A DNA stretch of 64,000 bases from Macrostomum lignano (lineage: Eukaryota), in assembly GCA_002269645.1 (NCBI GenBank), contig NIVC01000957.1, positions 310,001 through 374,000 of the forward strand. The letters run 5' to 3'. Position numbers and translations under genes: made by a program. Shown piece by piece: positions 42,011 to 55,455 of this stretch. Within the stretch, counting starts at the first letter, position 1, and every line of letters starts with the position of its first letter. Under the pieces are notes generated by a model. The model was not told where the DNA came from and did not search any database. It was given only the letters and a program-made list of their open reading frames with translations.

Positions 42011-43721
42011 CCTCTTCAGTTAAAAATTATTTCTGCTAAAGATTTCCGCGAATGCATGGTAGAGCGCAATATTAGAGTTATTCAGAGTAACTGCAATTAA
42101 TTACTCCTACGCTCACCAGCTCCATCGGGAAGTGATCAGCTTCCCTCAGCTCAGCTCCGACTAACCGCATTAAATAGCGAAGGCCGAGCCTCCCTGACGG
42201 CAGGCCCGTGACAAGCCTGCCAATGTCTCCCATTAATATTCATGCACCGCCAAAGTTGTCTCAAGATGGCTTGAGCACCGGTTTCTAAGAATTCCCCCGT
42301 CAGAAATCTGTCGATTTTTGGTTGCTGCGCAAGCTGCTGCAACTTCGTATGCTGCCAAGATTTGAAATTTTTTTTCGCGTAGCCTAATCTTGCCGAGCTT
42401 AATCTTGCCGAGCCTAATCTTGCCGAGGTCAAGCGAGGCTTAGAGAAATCTGATGCCGGTTTAAAAACGCAGCAAAAGCCAACAATTCCCCTTAAAATCT
42501 TTGCTGCTCCTGCTGTCGAATTCTCAGCAAAATCTAATGGCACTTGGAAACACCAAACCTTTATGCAAAAAGCAGCTTAAAGAAGTCTTCTACGCTACAT
42601 ATCGGATATCGGCATTCTGGATCTTCTGGGTTCCATTCTGAGCTCGATTCAAAGCCACGATGGCTAAAGCCCTCCAAACCGAGAGAAAGTCAGGGCCATT
42701 GTACACCCCGCGTGAGCTGAGCTGCGGTTCGGCGGTCACGACAGCAAAAGTAGCTCAAATTGGCGCGCTGTTAATTAAGTTTTCAACGCTACATATCGGT
42801 AATGAGTTTTATAGCAAACACAGGGCACCCAACTGTAGCAATGTCTGAGGATATTGCTATTATGAAGCAGCTGCTTCAACGGTGATTGGCGATGACGGGG
42901 CATTTCGCTACTCTTTAGCCGAAAGCAGAAGCTTAACAGAGAGAGAGACAAATATGGAAAATTGAAACTGTATGCGGCTTCCAGGCCTTCGTTTCTTGCT
43001 GCTGTTTAACCAGAAATTTTATCCACAATATATTGCAAAATACGAGTATATGCAATATCATGCGACACTCATAGTATGATTATAGAGTGAGTCTCAAGGT
43101 AGTTTGAATTATACTGTGAGATCCCGTCTTCATGGGTGAATCTCATAGTAGATTACAGAGTGAGTCTCATAGTAGATTAGAGAGTGAATCTCATAGTAGA
43201 CCAGTGAGTGAATCTCATAGTAGATTAAAGAGTGAATCTCATAGTAGATCAGTGAGTGAATCCTACATTAGATTTCGCAGTAAATCTCACAGGGAGATAT
43301 AGATTAGAAGCGTGAATCTCAGCTGAGATTGAAAAATTAAAGAATTAATTAATTTTATAAAGAATAAGCCCTCTGCAACAGGGCCAGCGACGGCCTCTTG
43401 GGTGTGGCAGTCTCTTCTAGAAGAAAGACCCTTTTCTAATTTCTTCTTGACAGCTCATTGTCGCAGCTGCTCCCTCACGGCCCGCTGGATTTCTCGCCAA
43501 TGACCAAAAATGACAATGAATCGATGAAGTTCTTTGCGAATTGGATATTTATGACGCTGACTTGATCAGTTCAAAGGGCCGATTTGATTGAAATTTCCGC
43601 TACAAAGGTGAAAAAGGATTTCCAGTGATGCTTGCTGTCCAAAACGATTTTTGCCATATTCTTCTCACCTGAAAAATGTACGAGCGTATTTTTATAATTA
43701 TGCTCATAGGAAGTATTTATA

Positions 43722-44540
43722 AAGTCCATATATGGAATTGTGCATGCTATAGAGATCTGACAAGTCCATATATGGAATTGTGCATGCTATAGAGATCTGA
43801 CAAGTCCATATATGGAATTGTGCATGCTATAGAGGTTTGACAAGTCCATATATGGAATTGTGCATGCTATAGAGATCTGACAAGTCCATATATGGAATTG
43901 TGCATGCTATAGAGATCTGACAAGTCCATATATAGAAGTGTGCATGCTATAGAGATCTGACAAGTCCATATATGGAATTGTGCATGCTATAGAGGTTTGA
44001 CAAGTCCATATATGGAATTGTGCATGCTATAGAGATCTGACAAGTCCATATATGGAATTGTGCATGCTATAGAGATCTGACAAGTCCATATATGGAATTG
44101 TGCATGCTATAGAGGTTTGACAAGTCCATATATGGAATTGTGCATGCTATAGAGGTTTGACAAGTCCATATATGGAAGTGTGCATGCTATAGAGATCTGA
44201 CAAGTCATATATGGAATTGTGCATGCTATAGAGGTTTGACAAGTCCATATATGGAAGTGTGCATGCTATAGAGATCTGACAAGTCCATATATGGAAGTGT
44301 GCATGCTATAGAGATCTAACAAGTCCATATATGGAAGTGTGCATGCTATAGAGATCTGACAAGTCCATATATAGAAGTGTGCATGCTATAGAGATCTGAC
44401 AAATCCACATATGGAAGTGTGCATGCTATAGAGATCTAACAAGTCCATATATGGAAGTGTGCATGCTATAGAGATCTAACAAGTCCATATATGGAAGTGT
44501 GCATGCTATAGAGATCTGAAAAGTCCATATATGGAAGTGC
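43722..44540 (+). repeat. 40-bp minisatellite (AAGTCCATATATGGAATTGTGCATGCTATAGAGATCTGAC), about 20 units
   Basis: A 40-bp period is visible. Confidence 0.95.
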
Positions 44541-45267
44541 GTGTACATAAGAAGGCAAAAACTACATCTAAACACCCTGTACAGCCAAAGCCAAATTCAA
44601 TAAGATGGAGTCTCCAGCTTCTTTAAATACGGATATAAATATAAGCACTACAGGAGCAGAGGCTCACAGGACAGTATCCAACTGCCCGTACAGCAGGATC
44701 AAGGATTAGGGAGGGTCTACAATAATATTCTGTATATTCACGGAGCCAGAGTGGTGCCAGAGGCAGATTAACATGGGCGAATCGCTACAATTCTGAAAAA
44801 AGTTGCTGCATCAGCGGCCCCCTGGGGCTGAGCAGGAGAAGCAGCTCAAAGAGGGGAAGAAAGAGGGGGGAAGAGAGAGGGAAGCGGGGCACTGCAGATG
44901 AGCCCCGCGGATCACTGCAGTTTGGATAAAACTACTCAATGCTTTGCTCTGGCTATTATTAGGAGACTGGCATGCACACTGCGCCCGGCAAAAGCAGAAA
45001 TCATTTTGTTTCTTTTGCTTATTGCAGTGCGGTTTTTTAGCTGTGACTAGCAATCTACGCCCCCCGTTGGGGAGCCAAAGAAATGCAATACACGTTTTTT
45101 TAATAAGCTAAATGTATCCTTGAAATCTTAAAAAATCTCCAGTCAAACCTTGTAAGCCTTGACTTGTCAGTTATCCCACCACAAGCTTTAACATATCAAC
45201 TTCCCCCCTTGACATCTCAGCAATGCCCCCAATAAGCCTTGGAAATCTAAAAATATCTGTCAACCTT

Positions 45268-45306
45268 CTAACCCTAACCCTAGCCTAACCCTAACCCTAA
45301 CCCTAA
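45268..45306 (-). repeat. Short interstitial (TTAGGG)n-like tract
   Basis: CTAACCCTAACCCTAGCCTAACCCTAACCCTAACCCTAA on the + strand. Confidence 0.7.
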
Positions 45307-46204
45307 AGCATTGAAATTTCAGTAATTCTCTCTAAGAGTCATTATAGCACTACTACAGCATTATAGCGATTCCTTGCAAGCCTCAACATCGTAGGGATTC
45401 CCAAATGAATCTCTTAACTTCGACATGAAGCTTCTTTTATTCTTTACATTACGCTTTTTTATCAGCGATCCCTCCCCTGAGGAGGCATCAAATAATGTAA
45501 TAAAAAGTTTTCAATAAACTACATGTAGCTTCTGACTTTAGCCTTGAAATCTCATTTATACCCCCGTGAGCCTTGACATCTCAGCTATTCCCCCGTAAGC
45601 CTTGACATGTCAGCAATGGCCCCCATAAACCTTGAAATCTAAAAAATCCCCTGTTAACCTTGAAACCCGATAAAATATAACCCTCAACCCACACCTGACC
45701 TAAACCTAACTTTAACCCAACCTAAAGCCTTGAAATCTCAGCAATTCTTCTCCCCTAAGCCTTGACATTTTAGTGATTCTTTCTTTAAGAATCACAGCAC
45801 TATAACGATTTCCACCAAGCTTTGACATCGTAGCAATTCCCAAATGAATCTTTTAACTTCGACATGACTTTTCTTTTATGTATAAATAGTGCTACTTTTA
45901 TTTTTTACATGACTTTTCTTCTATCAGTGCCCCCCCCGTGACGAGCCAACAAAGAATGCAATAAAAAATGGAGTAAAGTACATGAACTTTGAAGTAGCTT
46001 CTGACTTTTGCTTTGACATCTCAGAAACCCCCCCCCCGTAATCTCAGTTATTCTCTGAGAGCCTTTGCGTCTCAGTTTTTCTCCCCAGCACAGCATTATA
46101 GTTGCATTTAACTTTTACATGAACCCTTCATGTCTAACATGACGTTTCTTTTATTCTACCGTGACGCTTCTTAATTTTTTAAATGACACTTTCATTAGTT
46201 TTAA

Positions 46205-49200
46205 ATGAGGCTTCTATGATTTTTTCTTGACGCTTCTATGATTTTTACATGACGCTTCTATGATTTTTATATGACGTTTCTATGATTGTTTACATGACGC
46301 TTCTATGATTGTTTACATGACGCTTCTATGATTGTTTACATGACGCTTCTATGATTTTTTACATGACGCTTCTATGATTTTTTACATGACGCTTCTATGA
46401 TTGTTTACATGACGCTTCTACGATTTTTTACATGACGCTTCTATGATTGTTTACATGACGCTTCTATGATTGTTTACATGACGCTTCTATGATTGTTTAC
46501 ATGACGCTTCTACGATTTTTTACATGACGCTTCTACGATTGTTTACATGACGCTTCTATGATTGTTTACATGACGCTTCTATGATTGTTTACATGACGCT
46601 TCTATGATTTTTTACATGACGCTTCTATGATTTTTTGCATGACGCTTCTATGATTTTTACATGAAGCTTCTACGATTGTTTACATGACGCTTCTATGATT
46701 TTTACATGACGCTTCTATGATTGTTTACATGACGCTTCTATGATTTTTTACATGACGCTTCTATGATTTTTTACATGACGCTTCTATGATTTTTACATGA
46801 AGCTTCTACGATTGTTTACATGACGCTTCTATGATTGTTTACATGACGCTTCTATGATTTTTACATGACGCTTCTATGATTGTTACATGACGCTTCTATG
46901 ATTTTTTACATGACGCTTCTACGATTGTTTACATGACGCTTCTATGATTTTTAATGACGCTTCTACGATTTTTACATGACGCTTCTACGATTTTTACATG
47001 ACGCTTCTATGATTTTTTACATGACGCTTCTATGATTTTTTACATGACGCTTCTATGATTTTTTACATGACGCTTCTATGATTTTTTACATGACGCTTCT
47101 ACGATTGTTTACATGACGCTTCTATGATTTTTTACATGACGCTTCTACGATTTTTTACATGACGCTTCTACGATTTTTTACATGACGCTTCTAAGATTGT
47201 TTACATGACGCTTCTATGATTTTTATATGACGCTTCTATGATTGTTTACATGACGCTTCTATGATTTTTTCATGACGCTTCTATGATTGTTTACATGACG
47301 CTTCTATGATTTTTTACATGACGCTTCTATGATTTTTACATGACGCTTCTATGATTTTTACATGACGCTTCTATGATTGTTTCATGACGCTTCTATGATT
47401 TTTACATGACGCTTCTACGATTGTTTGCATGACGCTTCTATGATTTTTAATGACGCTTCTACGATTTCTTACATGACGCTTCTACGATTTTTTACATGAC
47501 GCTTCTATGATTTTTTACATGACACTTCTATGATTTTTACATGACGCATCTATGATTTTTACATGACGCTTCTATGATTTTTTTTTCATGACGCTTCTAC
47601 GATTGTTTACATGACGCTTCTATGATTGTTTACATGACGCTTCTATGATTTTTTACATGACGCTTCTATGATTTTTACATGACGCTTCTATGATTTTTTT
47701 TCATGACGCTTTTACGATTGTTTACATGACGCTTCTATGATTTTTACATGACGCTTCTATGATTTTTACATGACGCTTCTACGATTGTTTGCATGACGCT
47801 TCTATGATTTTTAATGACGCTTCTACGATTTTTACATGACGCTTCTACGATTTTTTAGACGCTTCTATGATTGTTTACATGACGCTTCTATGATTTTTTT
47901 ACATGACGCTTCTATGATTTTTACATGACGCTTCTATGATTTTTACATGACGCTTCTATGATTTTTTGTAGGACGCTTCTATGATTGTTTACATGACGCT
48001 TCTATGATTGTTTACATGACGCTTCTATGATTTTTCATGACGCTTCTATGATTGTTTACATGACGCTTCTATGATTTTTTGTATGACGCTTCTATGATTT
48101 TTACATGACGCTTCTATGATTGTTACATGACGCTTCTATGATTTTTTACATGACGCTTCTACGATTGTTTACATGACGCTTCTATGATTTTTAATGACGC
48201 TTCTACGATTTTTACATGACGCTTCTACGATTTTTACATGACGCTTCTATGATTTTTTACATGACGCTTCTATGATTTTTTACATGACGCTTCTATGATT
48301 TTTTACATGACGCTTCTATGATTTTTTACATGACGCTTCTACGATTGTTTACATGACGCTTCTATGATTTTTACATGACGCTTCTACGATTTTTTACATG
48401 ACGCTTCTATGATTTTTACATGACGCTTCTAATTGTTTACATGACGCTTCTATGATTTTTATATGACGCTTCTATGATTGTTTACATGACGCTTCTATGA
48501 TTTTTTCATGACGCTTCTATGATTGTTTACATGACGCTTCTATGATTTTTTACATGACGCTTCTATGATTTTTACATGACGCTTCTATGATTTTTACATG
48601 ACGCTTCTATGATTGTTTCATGACGCTTCTATGATTTTTACATGACGCTTCTACGATTGTTTGCATGACGCTTCTATGATTTTTAATGACGCTTCTATGA
48701 TTTTTACATGACGCTTCTACGATTTTTTACATGACGCTTCTATGATTTTTTACATGACACTTCTATGATTTTTACATGACGCATCTATGATTTTTACATG
48801 ACGCTTCTATGATTTTTTTTTCATGACGCTTCTACGATTGTTTACATGACGCTTCTATGATTGTTTACATGACGCTTCTATGATTTTTTTACATGACGCT
48901 TCTATGATTTTTACATGACGCTTCTATGATTTTTTTCATGACGCTTTTACGATTGTTTACATGACGCTTCTATGATTTTTACATGACGCTTCTATGATTT
49001 TTACATGACGCTTCTACGATTGTTTGCATGACGCTTCTATGATTTTTAATGACGCTTCTACGATTTCTTACATGACGCTTCTACGATTTTTTGTAGGACG
49101 CTTCTATGATTGTTTACATGACGCTTCTATGATTTTTTACATGACGCTTCTATGATTTTTACATGACGCTTCTATGATTTTTACATGACGCTTCTATGAT

Positions 49201-50290
49201 TTTTTGTATGACGCTTCTATGATTGTTTACATGACGCTTCTATGATTGTTTACATGACGCTTCTATGATTTTTCATGACGCTTCTATGATTGTTTACATG
49301 ACGCTTCTATGATTTTTTGTATGACGCTTCTATGATTGTTTACATGACGCTTCTATGATTGTTTACAACGCTTCTATGATTTTACATGACGCTTCTGTGA
49401 TTTTTCATGACGCTTCTATGATTGTTTACATGACGCTTCTATGATTGTTTAAATGACGCTTCTACGATTGTTTACATGACGCTTCTATGATTGTTTACAT
49501 GACGCTTCTATGACTTTTACATGACGCTTCTATGATTTTTTACGTGACGCTTCTATGATTTTTACATGACGCTTCTATGATTGTTTAATGACGCTTCTAC
49601 GATTTTTACATGACGCTTCTATGATTGTTTACATGACGCTTCTATGATTTTACATGACGCTTCTATGATTTTTTACATGACGCTTCTATGATTTTTACAT
49701 GACGCTTCTATGATTTTTACATGACGCTCTATGATTTTTACATGACGCTTCTATGATTTTTTACATGACGCTTCTATGATTTTTTACATGACGCTTCTAT
49801 GATTTTTACATGACGCTTCTATGATTTTTCACATGACGCTTCTATGATTTTTACATGACGCTTCTATGATTTTTACATGACGCTTCTATGATTTTTTGTA
49901 TGACGCTTCTATGATTGTTTACATGACGCTTCTATGATTGTTTACATGACGCTTCTATGATTTTTCATGACGCTTCTATGATTGTTTACATGATGCTTCT
50001 ATGATTTTTTGTATGACGCTTCTATGATTGTTTACATGACGCTTCTATGATTGTTTACATGACGCTTCTATGATTTTACATGACGCTTCTGTGATTTTTC
50101 ATGACGCTTCTATGATTGTTTACATGACGCTTCTATGATTGTTTACATGACGCTTCTACGATTGTTTACATGACGCTTCTATGATTTTTCATGACGCTTC
50201 TACGATTCTTTACATGACGCTTCTACGATTTTTTACATGACGCTTCTACGATTGTTTACATGACGCTTCTATGGTTTTTACATGACGCCT
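46205..50290 (+). repeat. 4.1-kb 23-24-bp satellite (CATGACGCTTCTATGATTTTTTA) in the GPCR intron
   Basis: About 170 units with a variable T-run. Rare variants recur about 1.24 kb apart. Confidence 0.96.
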
Positions 50291-51233
50291 TTAGTCCTTT
50301 AATTAGTCCTTTAATAAAAGCTTTCAATAAAAAAAACATTTCTCTACTAAGATTCGAACCCAGGTCGCTGCATTGGCAGTCCAGTCTGTTCACATCTAGG
50401 CAAGCTCTTATCGAATTTATTAATGAAATATTGTAGCACTTATATAAAATTTTATACTCACTCACGAAGCAGTTATGACATAATCAATTTCCCAGGCAAG
50501 TCAGTATCAGTCTCAATTAAAGTTGACAATATGGTTACGCAATCTAAATCAAGTCTGGTGCTACGCTTCCACACTGCATTTTCAATACTGTGACGCAATT
50601 CAAGTCGGAGTTACAATTCAGTTATGATGCAATCTATTTCAGAATCAGAATTCAACCAGTCAGTTTTTTCTCTAGCATTCTTACAATGCATTTCAAGTCG
50701 AAAAGTTTGCTTGACCTTTGCAAAAAAGCATGTTTTTCGAATATTTAATGCCTTTAGCATCGAGAAATTTCTTAGCCACGATGCATGTACAGTCACGGGA
50801 AAATTTCTGATCGAACAGTGCAAGTCTCATGAAAATCGGTTAAGCCATTTTTTCTCTAATCGATTACAAGCAAGCAAGCAAGCAAGATTTTCATTTTTAG
50901 TATTTAGGATTGAAGGGGAAGACCGCGAGCCTGCACAGAGACAAGGCAGAGATTAGAGACAAGTGAGAAATTGTAGAGGGAAAAATAAATTAGATTAGAG
51001 GGAGAAATCGGGGATTAGAGAGACTAAAGAGAGATTAGAGGGGCAAATGAGGGATTAGAGACTAAGGGAAGATTAGAGGGGAAAATAAGAGATTAGAGAA
51101 AAATTAGAGATTACAGACAAAGGGGAGATTAATAACCAAAAACAGAGAGGAGACAAAATGAGAGATTAGAGGGACTTGGGCCACAGCTGTCACGAGATGG
51201 TCACCGAGCCTTTTCCTCCTGACTGGGCACTGA

Positions 51234-52196
51234 CAACAACAACAACAGAGTACGCTGCCGGTTCGCAAAAGCAGCGTCAGATGGCGCGCTTCGAAGCTTG
51301 GGCGCGAACAAAGGCCGCACCGCCGGCAGAGTCCGGGGCGCCGGCGTCAGCCAGCAGACAGTCGACGTAGCGCCGAGTCCTCGCCTGTCCCCGCCGGTAG
51401 GGTGCCTGCAACGTAAGTAGCAGCACCTCCTGCACCGGCTCCGGACAGTAGGCCTCGGCGCGGATGATGTGGCCTGCCAGCTGGAGTTGCCGACGGCGCA
51501 GCAGATCGCTAGGACGGGCCAGGCCGGCGCGATGATAGAGCGCCGTGTTGGTGACTCGCTCGTTGCCGATCTTGAAGGCGGCGCGCAGCAGGCCAGCGTG
51601 CGCCGCGTCGACTTGAGCCTCGAGCGAGTCTGTCAGCGTCCAGGTCTCGGCGTTGTATAACAGGCCGGTTTCGATCACCGCCTGGAACAGCGCCGCCCTC
51701 TGGCGGTCCGGTAAGGCCTCGGACTGCAGGACTGACCTTATAGAACGAAAGGCAGCCCAGGCAAGTCCTCGGCGACGCCGCAGATCCTCGCGAACGTCGG
51801 GAACCAGACCGCCGAGGTAGACGAACTGCTGACATCTTGGAAGCTCACTCGCCTGTCCGTCAGCGCCTCGGCAGAAGATTGCAGCCTCGGTGTCGTCCGG
51901 CACGCATAGCACGACGGTCTTCTGCGTGTTGACCACCAGGCCGACGCTCGCCGCAACGGCAACCAGCCTATCCAGCTGTCGTTGGGCGCCCTCGACGGTC
52001 GAGGACAGCAGGGCGAGGTCATCGGCGTAGCCAAGCACGCTGAGCCGTCTCTCCGGTTGGCGTCGACCCACGCGTCGCCGCAGCAGGAAGCCGTCGTCGT
52101 TGGAAGGCAGAGCAGTCCGTAGCACCCAGTCAAGCACCAGAATAAATAGGAGCGGCGCTAGCGTATCTCCCTGGAGCACCCCGGAGGATGCACTGA
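51234..52196 (-). mobile_element. 5'-truncated RTE-like LINE (RT C-terminal half) with (GTT)n tail and 9-bp TSD GGGCACTGA
   Basis: GVLQGDTLAPLLFILVLD, GYADDLALLS, FVYLG and LLYNAETWTLT. Stop at 51277, (CAA)n at 51234-51246, TSD at 51225-51233 and 52197-52205. Confidence 0.88.
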
Positions 52197-52439
52197 GGGC
52201 ACTGAGGTATAGCCAAGACTGCCGGTAGGCCTCAGGGAGTTTGCGATGCCAATTCTGTCGCAACCGATCAAGACAGAAAACTGAATTTGAGCCAAGACAG
52301 CCGATTGCAGATATGTAGCGTAAATCTCTTTTGAGCCTGGATTGCCCGTCCCGCCTGCATGCCCCAGTGTAACAGATGGTGCAGGAAATTTGATCTTGGC
52401 AGTGAAGGCAAGTCCGTCTGCCTGTCTGTGCATCTGTCT

Positions 52440-52448
52440 GTCCTAGTT

Positions 52449-52547
<99 letters not shown>

Positions 52548-52548
52548 C
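52440..52548 (+). repeat. (TCTG)n tract just upstream of the GPCR exon 2 acceptor
   Basis: Direct observation. Confidence 0.95.
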
Positions 52549-52576
52549 AGAGCACTACGGTCACACCCTCCCGCAG

Positions 52577-52915
52577 GCCATCATGCTGATCGTCCTTGGC
52601 AGCTCGCCAGACAAGGACTGTTACTCGAAGCGGTTCTACGACCCCCTCGGAGACGTGTTCGACCTGATGACGCTCTGCAATCACAGCGTGAATTTCATTT
52701 TCTACTACGGCATGTCCGAGCAGTTTAGGCAGACCTTCGGCCAGCTGGCCGGCTGTTCCGCGCTTTGCCGGCGCCACTCGTTGCCAGGCAACCGCGCGGC
52801 GGCAGCAACCGGACGTCGGTCCGCTGCGAAGCAACCGACGGCCGGCGACAGTGGAGCCGTGGAGTACGCGCCCGTGGCAAACGGCGACACAGAAGTTCGG
52901 GACACCGCGGTTTGA
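52577..52915 (+). CDS. GPCR exon 2 (end of TM6, TM7, tail); spliced protein about 422 aa
   Basis: Acceptor CCCTCCCGCAG|GCC gives WPQ|AIMLIV. LGDVFDLMTLCNHSVNFIFYYGMSEQFRQTF matches the LGD..D.L.L.NS..NF..Y..MS.QFR.TF pattern of this receptor group. Confidence 0.85.
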   Translation, partial: AIMLIVLGSSPDKDCYSKRFYDPLGDVFDLMTLCNHSVNFIFYYGMSEQFRQTFGQLAGCSALCRRHSLPGNRAAAATGRRSAAKQPTAGDSGAVEYAPVANGDTEVRDTAV

Positions 52916-52969
52916 CTTCCACCTGTAGTTGATTGACCCTCACTCAGTCTTACCCTGAGATTGTTGTAA

Positions 52970-52975
52970 AATAAA
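52970..52975 (+). promoter_or_regulatory. Candidate poly(A) signal of the GPCR gene
   Basis: AATAAA 55 nt after the stop codon. Confidence 0.35.
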
Positions 52976-53059
52976 CTCTCTCACACCTATATTATCTCGA
53001 ATCAAATTTCTTAACCTGAGATTATTTTCGGAATCGACGACCTCATCCTTAGGTTTAGT

Positions 53060-53440
53060 CTTAGAATCGACTATCTGATCCTGAGATTATCTCAGAGTCA
53101 ACTTTCTCAACCTGAGATTATCTTGGAATCAGCTGTCGCATCCTGAGATTATCTTGGAATCAACTGTCTCATCCTGAGATTATCTTGGAATCAACTGTCT
53201 CATCCTGAGATTATCTTGGAACCAACTGTCTCAACCTAAGATTATCTTGGAATCAACTATCTCATCCTGAGATTATCTTGGAATCAACTGTCTCATCCTG
53301 AGATGATCTCAGAATCAATTATCTCATCCTGAGATTATCCTGGAGTCGACTGTCTCAATCTGAGATTATCTTGGAGTCGACTGTCTCAATCTGAGATTAT
53401 CTTGGAGTCAACTGTCTCATCTTGAGATTATGTTGGAATT
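53060..53440 (+). repeat. 31-bp minisatellite (CTGAGATTATCTTGGAATCAACTGTCTCATC)
   Basis: About 11 units. Confidence 0.88.
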
Positions 53441-53740
53441 GCATCATTTCAACTGATCATATGCACACCTAATCACACGTTTATCTCATGTTGTATTTGG
53501 CTGTTATCAACCGTTTTAATATTATGTTAAATTGAGTAACGGATATATTTTTGTGTTGCACTTTTTTCAACCGCTGTTCCTGGTCTGAATTCACCCTGAC
53601 GCCACCAAAAAAAATTTTTTAATTATATCTTGCCAGACGTGCAGGTCAACCGATAAAATGACTGAAAATGTTTTTTTAATTCTTTTTTACACTTTCAATG
53701 ACAATGTCAGGTGTAGCAACAGATGGGCAGAATGGCGCAC

Positions 53741-53780
53741 TGACTTGACTTGGCTGCAGGACGGTCCGAAGACGCAGCGG
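53741..53780 (-). mobile_element. 40-bp 3'-end stub of the LINE family seen at 23857-24393
   Basis: TGACTTGACTTGGCTGCAGGACGGTCCGAAGACGCAGCGG aligns to ACTTGACTTAGCTGCAGGGTGGTCCGTAGACACAGCGG (23861-23898). Flanks are CAGAATGGCGCAC and CAAAATGGCACAC (13 bp, 2 mismatches). Confidence 0.65.
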
Positions 53781-55282
53781 CAAAATGGCACACAAAATCG
53801 TGTGATTTTTTGAAGGCCGATTTCCTAGAAAAATCTTTTTTTCAACAAGAAATCAATAACTGCATTTGATGTGGGGCAGTGAAGGCTACCATTCTTTTAA
53901 TTTAGCATGCGCATGCACTGTCGTATTTTATATATTTCTCAAGTGAATTTCATTTTCATAATACTTTCTTTTTATTTTATAAGGCAAAGTTGTAAGTGAA
54001 GTGAAATTCTTGTTTCATTCCTTCTTGAGTCAAGTATATTTTAAGCTTGGAGTGGCTGCATGCAACAGTTGTATTACAAACATACTAATTCATTCAAAAG
54101 AAGCAACAATCCAAAAATTTCTCATTTGTAAGTATTTGCAACTTTGCTTTGGGCTTATAGAATAAAAATAAAATAAAATACAACAGAGTAACATGTTGTG
54201 CATGCTAAATTTAAATAATTGGTAATCTTCACTGCCCCAGATCAAATGCAATCATTGGTTTTGTGATGAAAAAATGTTTTTCCTATCTTCGCAGTGTATT
54301 CTGTCAGGAAATCGGCCTCCAAAAGTTACACAATCTTTGAGTTTCATGTCCTGTTTATTTGGCACTGGCGCCCCCAAGATGACGCCTCCCACGATGGCGC
54401 CCTCAAGACAGCGTATCCAAGTTAGCGCCCCTCGCTGGCGCCAAATCATGAATCCTGGCAACGCCCCAGAGTAAATAATCATGAAAAAACTGACTAATTT
54501 ACAAGCCTTCATTACACTCTGATCTGCAATCAGTCGTATTTATTCCATTCGGTGGAAGTTCACAGAACCAGACTACTTGGAACAATGGAAAATCTCACAT
54601 CATGGTTTAATAATAATACTGGCCTATATTAACAAATAGTTTATCAATTTTTTATAAATGTTTGAACAATAAGACATCATTAATAATCTATAAATATTGA
54701 CAATAGCTTTGGTAATACACATTTGCATTCATTCACTGCATAGTGGAGTAAAATGAGAGTCAAAGAGATTTTTGTGTGAGTTTGCTTACAAAAAATATCA
54801 CAACTGTAATTACGTTTTCCAAAGACAGGAATTAATGTTGAGAGCGAAAAAGCGATATTAATATTTTAACTGATTGAAAAAACGGTCAGCTCCACTGCAG
54901 CCAAGGCGACTTGGTGAGCAAAATTAGCAAAAAATATATCGACTTTGATTAAGCAGCAAAGCGAGGATCATGCTACTGCCGGTTAGTAGTCAAGCAGGGA
55001 CGTGGCATGCGAAAGCATATCAGAATGGTGCCCTGGTGAGCATCTCCTTGAACTCGCAAAATTTACCGAACTGAGCTGAGCGGGGATTTTCAGGCCATCC
55101 TCACATCAAGAAGTTGAGGCACAGCACGCCGGATGTACACGAGCGCCGCGCCTGACGTGGGGGCGCGGGGAGGGGGAGGGGGTTGGTGCGGGGAGAGGCT
55201 CACAGAGTGTCCGTTCGTTTCACCTCCCCCTTATCGACGTGCGAGTGTACAGGACTTCTAACCCCGGCCTGTGGTTAGCCAT

Positions 55283-55455
55283 ACCCGCCCACCCCACTCC
55301 GATCCTTTCCCTTTTCTAGTCTCTGATTCGCTGGCTAGCTCTACCCGCCCACCCCACTCCGATCCTTTCCCCTTTCTAGTCTCTGATTCGCTGGCTAGCT
55401 CTACCCGCCCACCCCACTTCGATTTCTTTCTTTTCCTAGTCTGATTGGCTGGCTC
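55283..55455 (+). repeat. 60-bp tandem repeat x3
   Basis: ACCCGCCCACCCCAC starts at 55283, 55343 and 55403. Confidence 0.85.
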
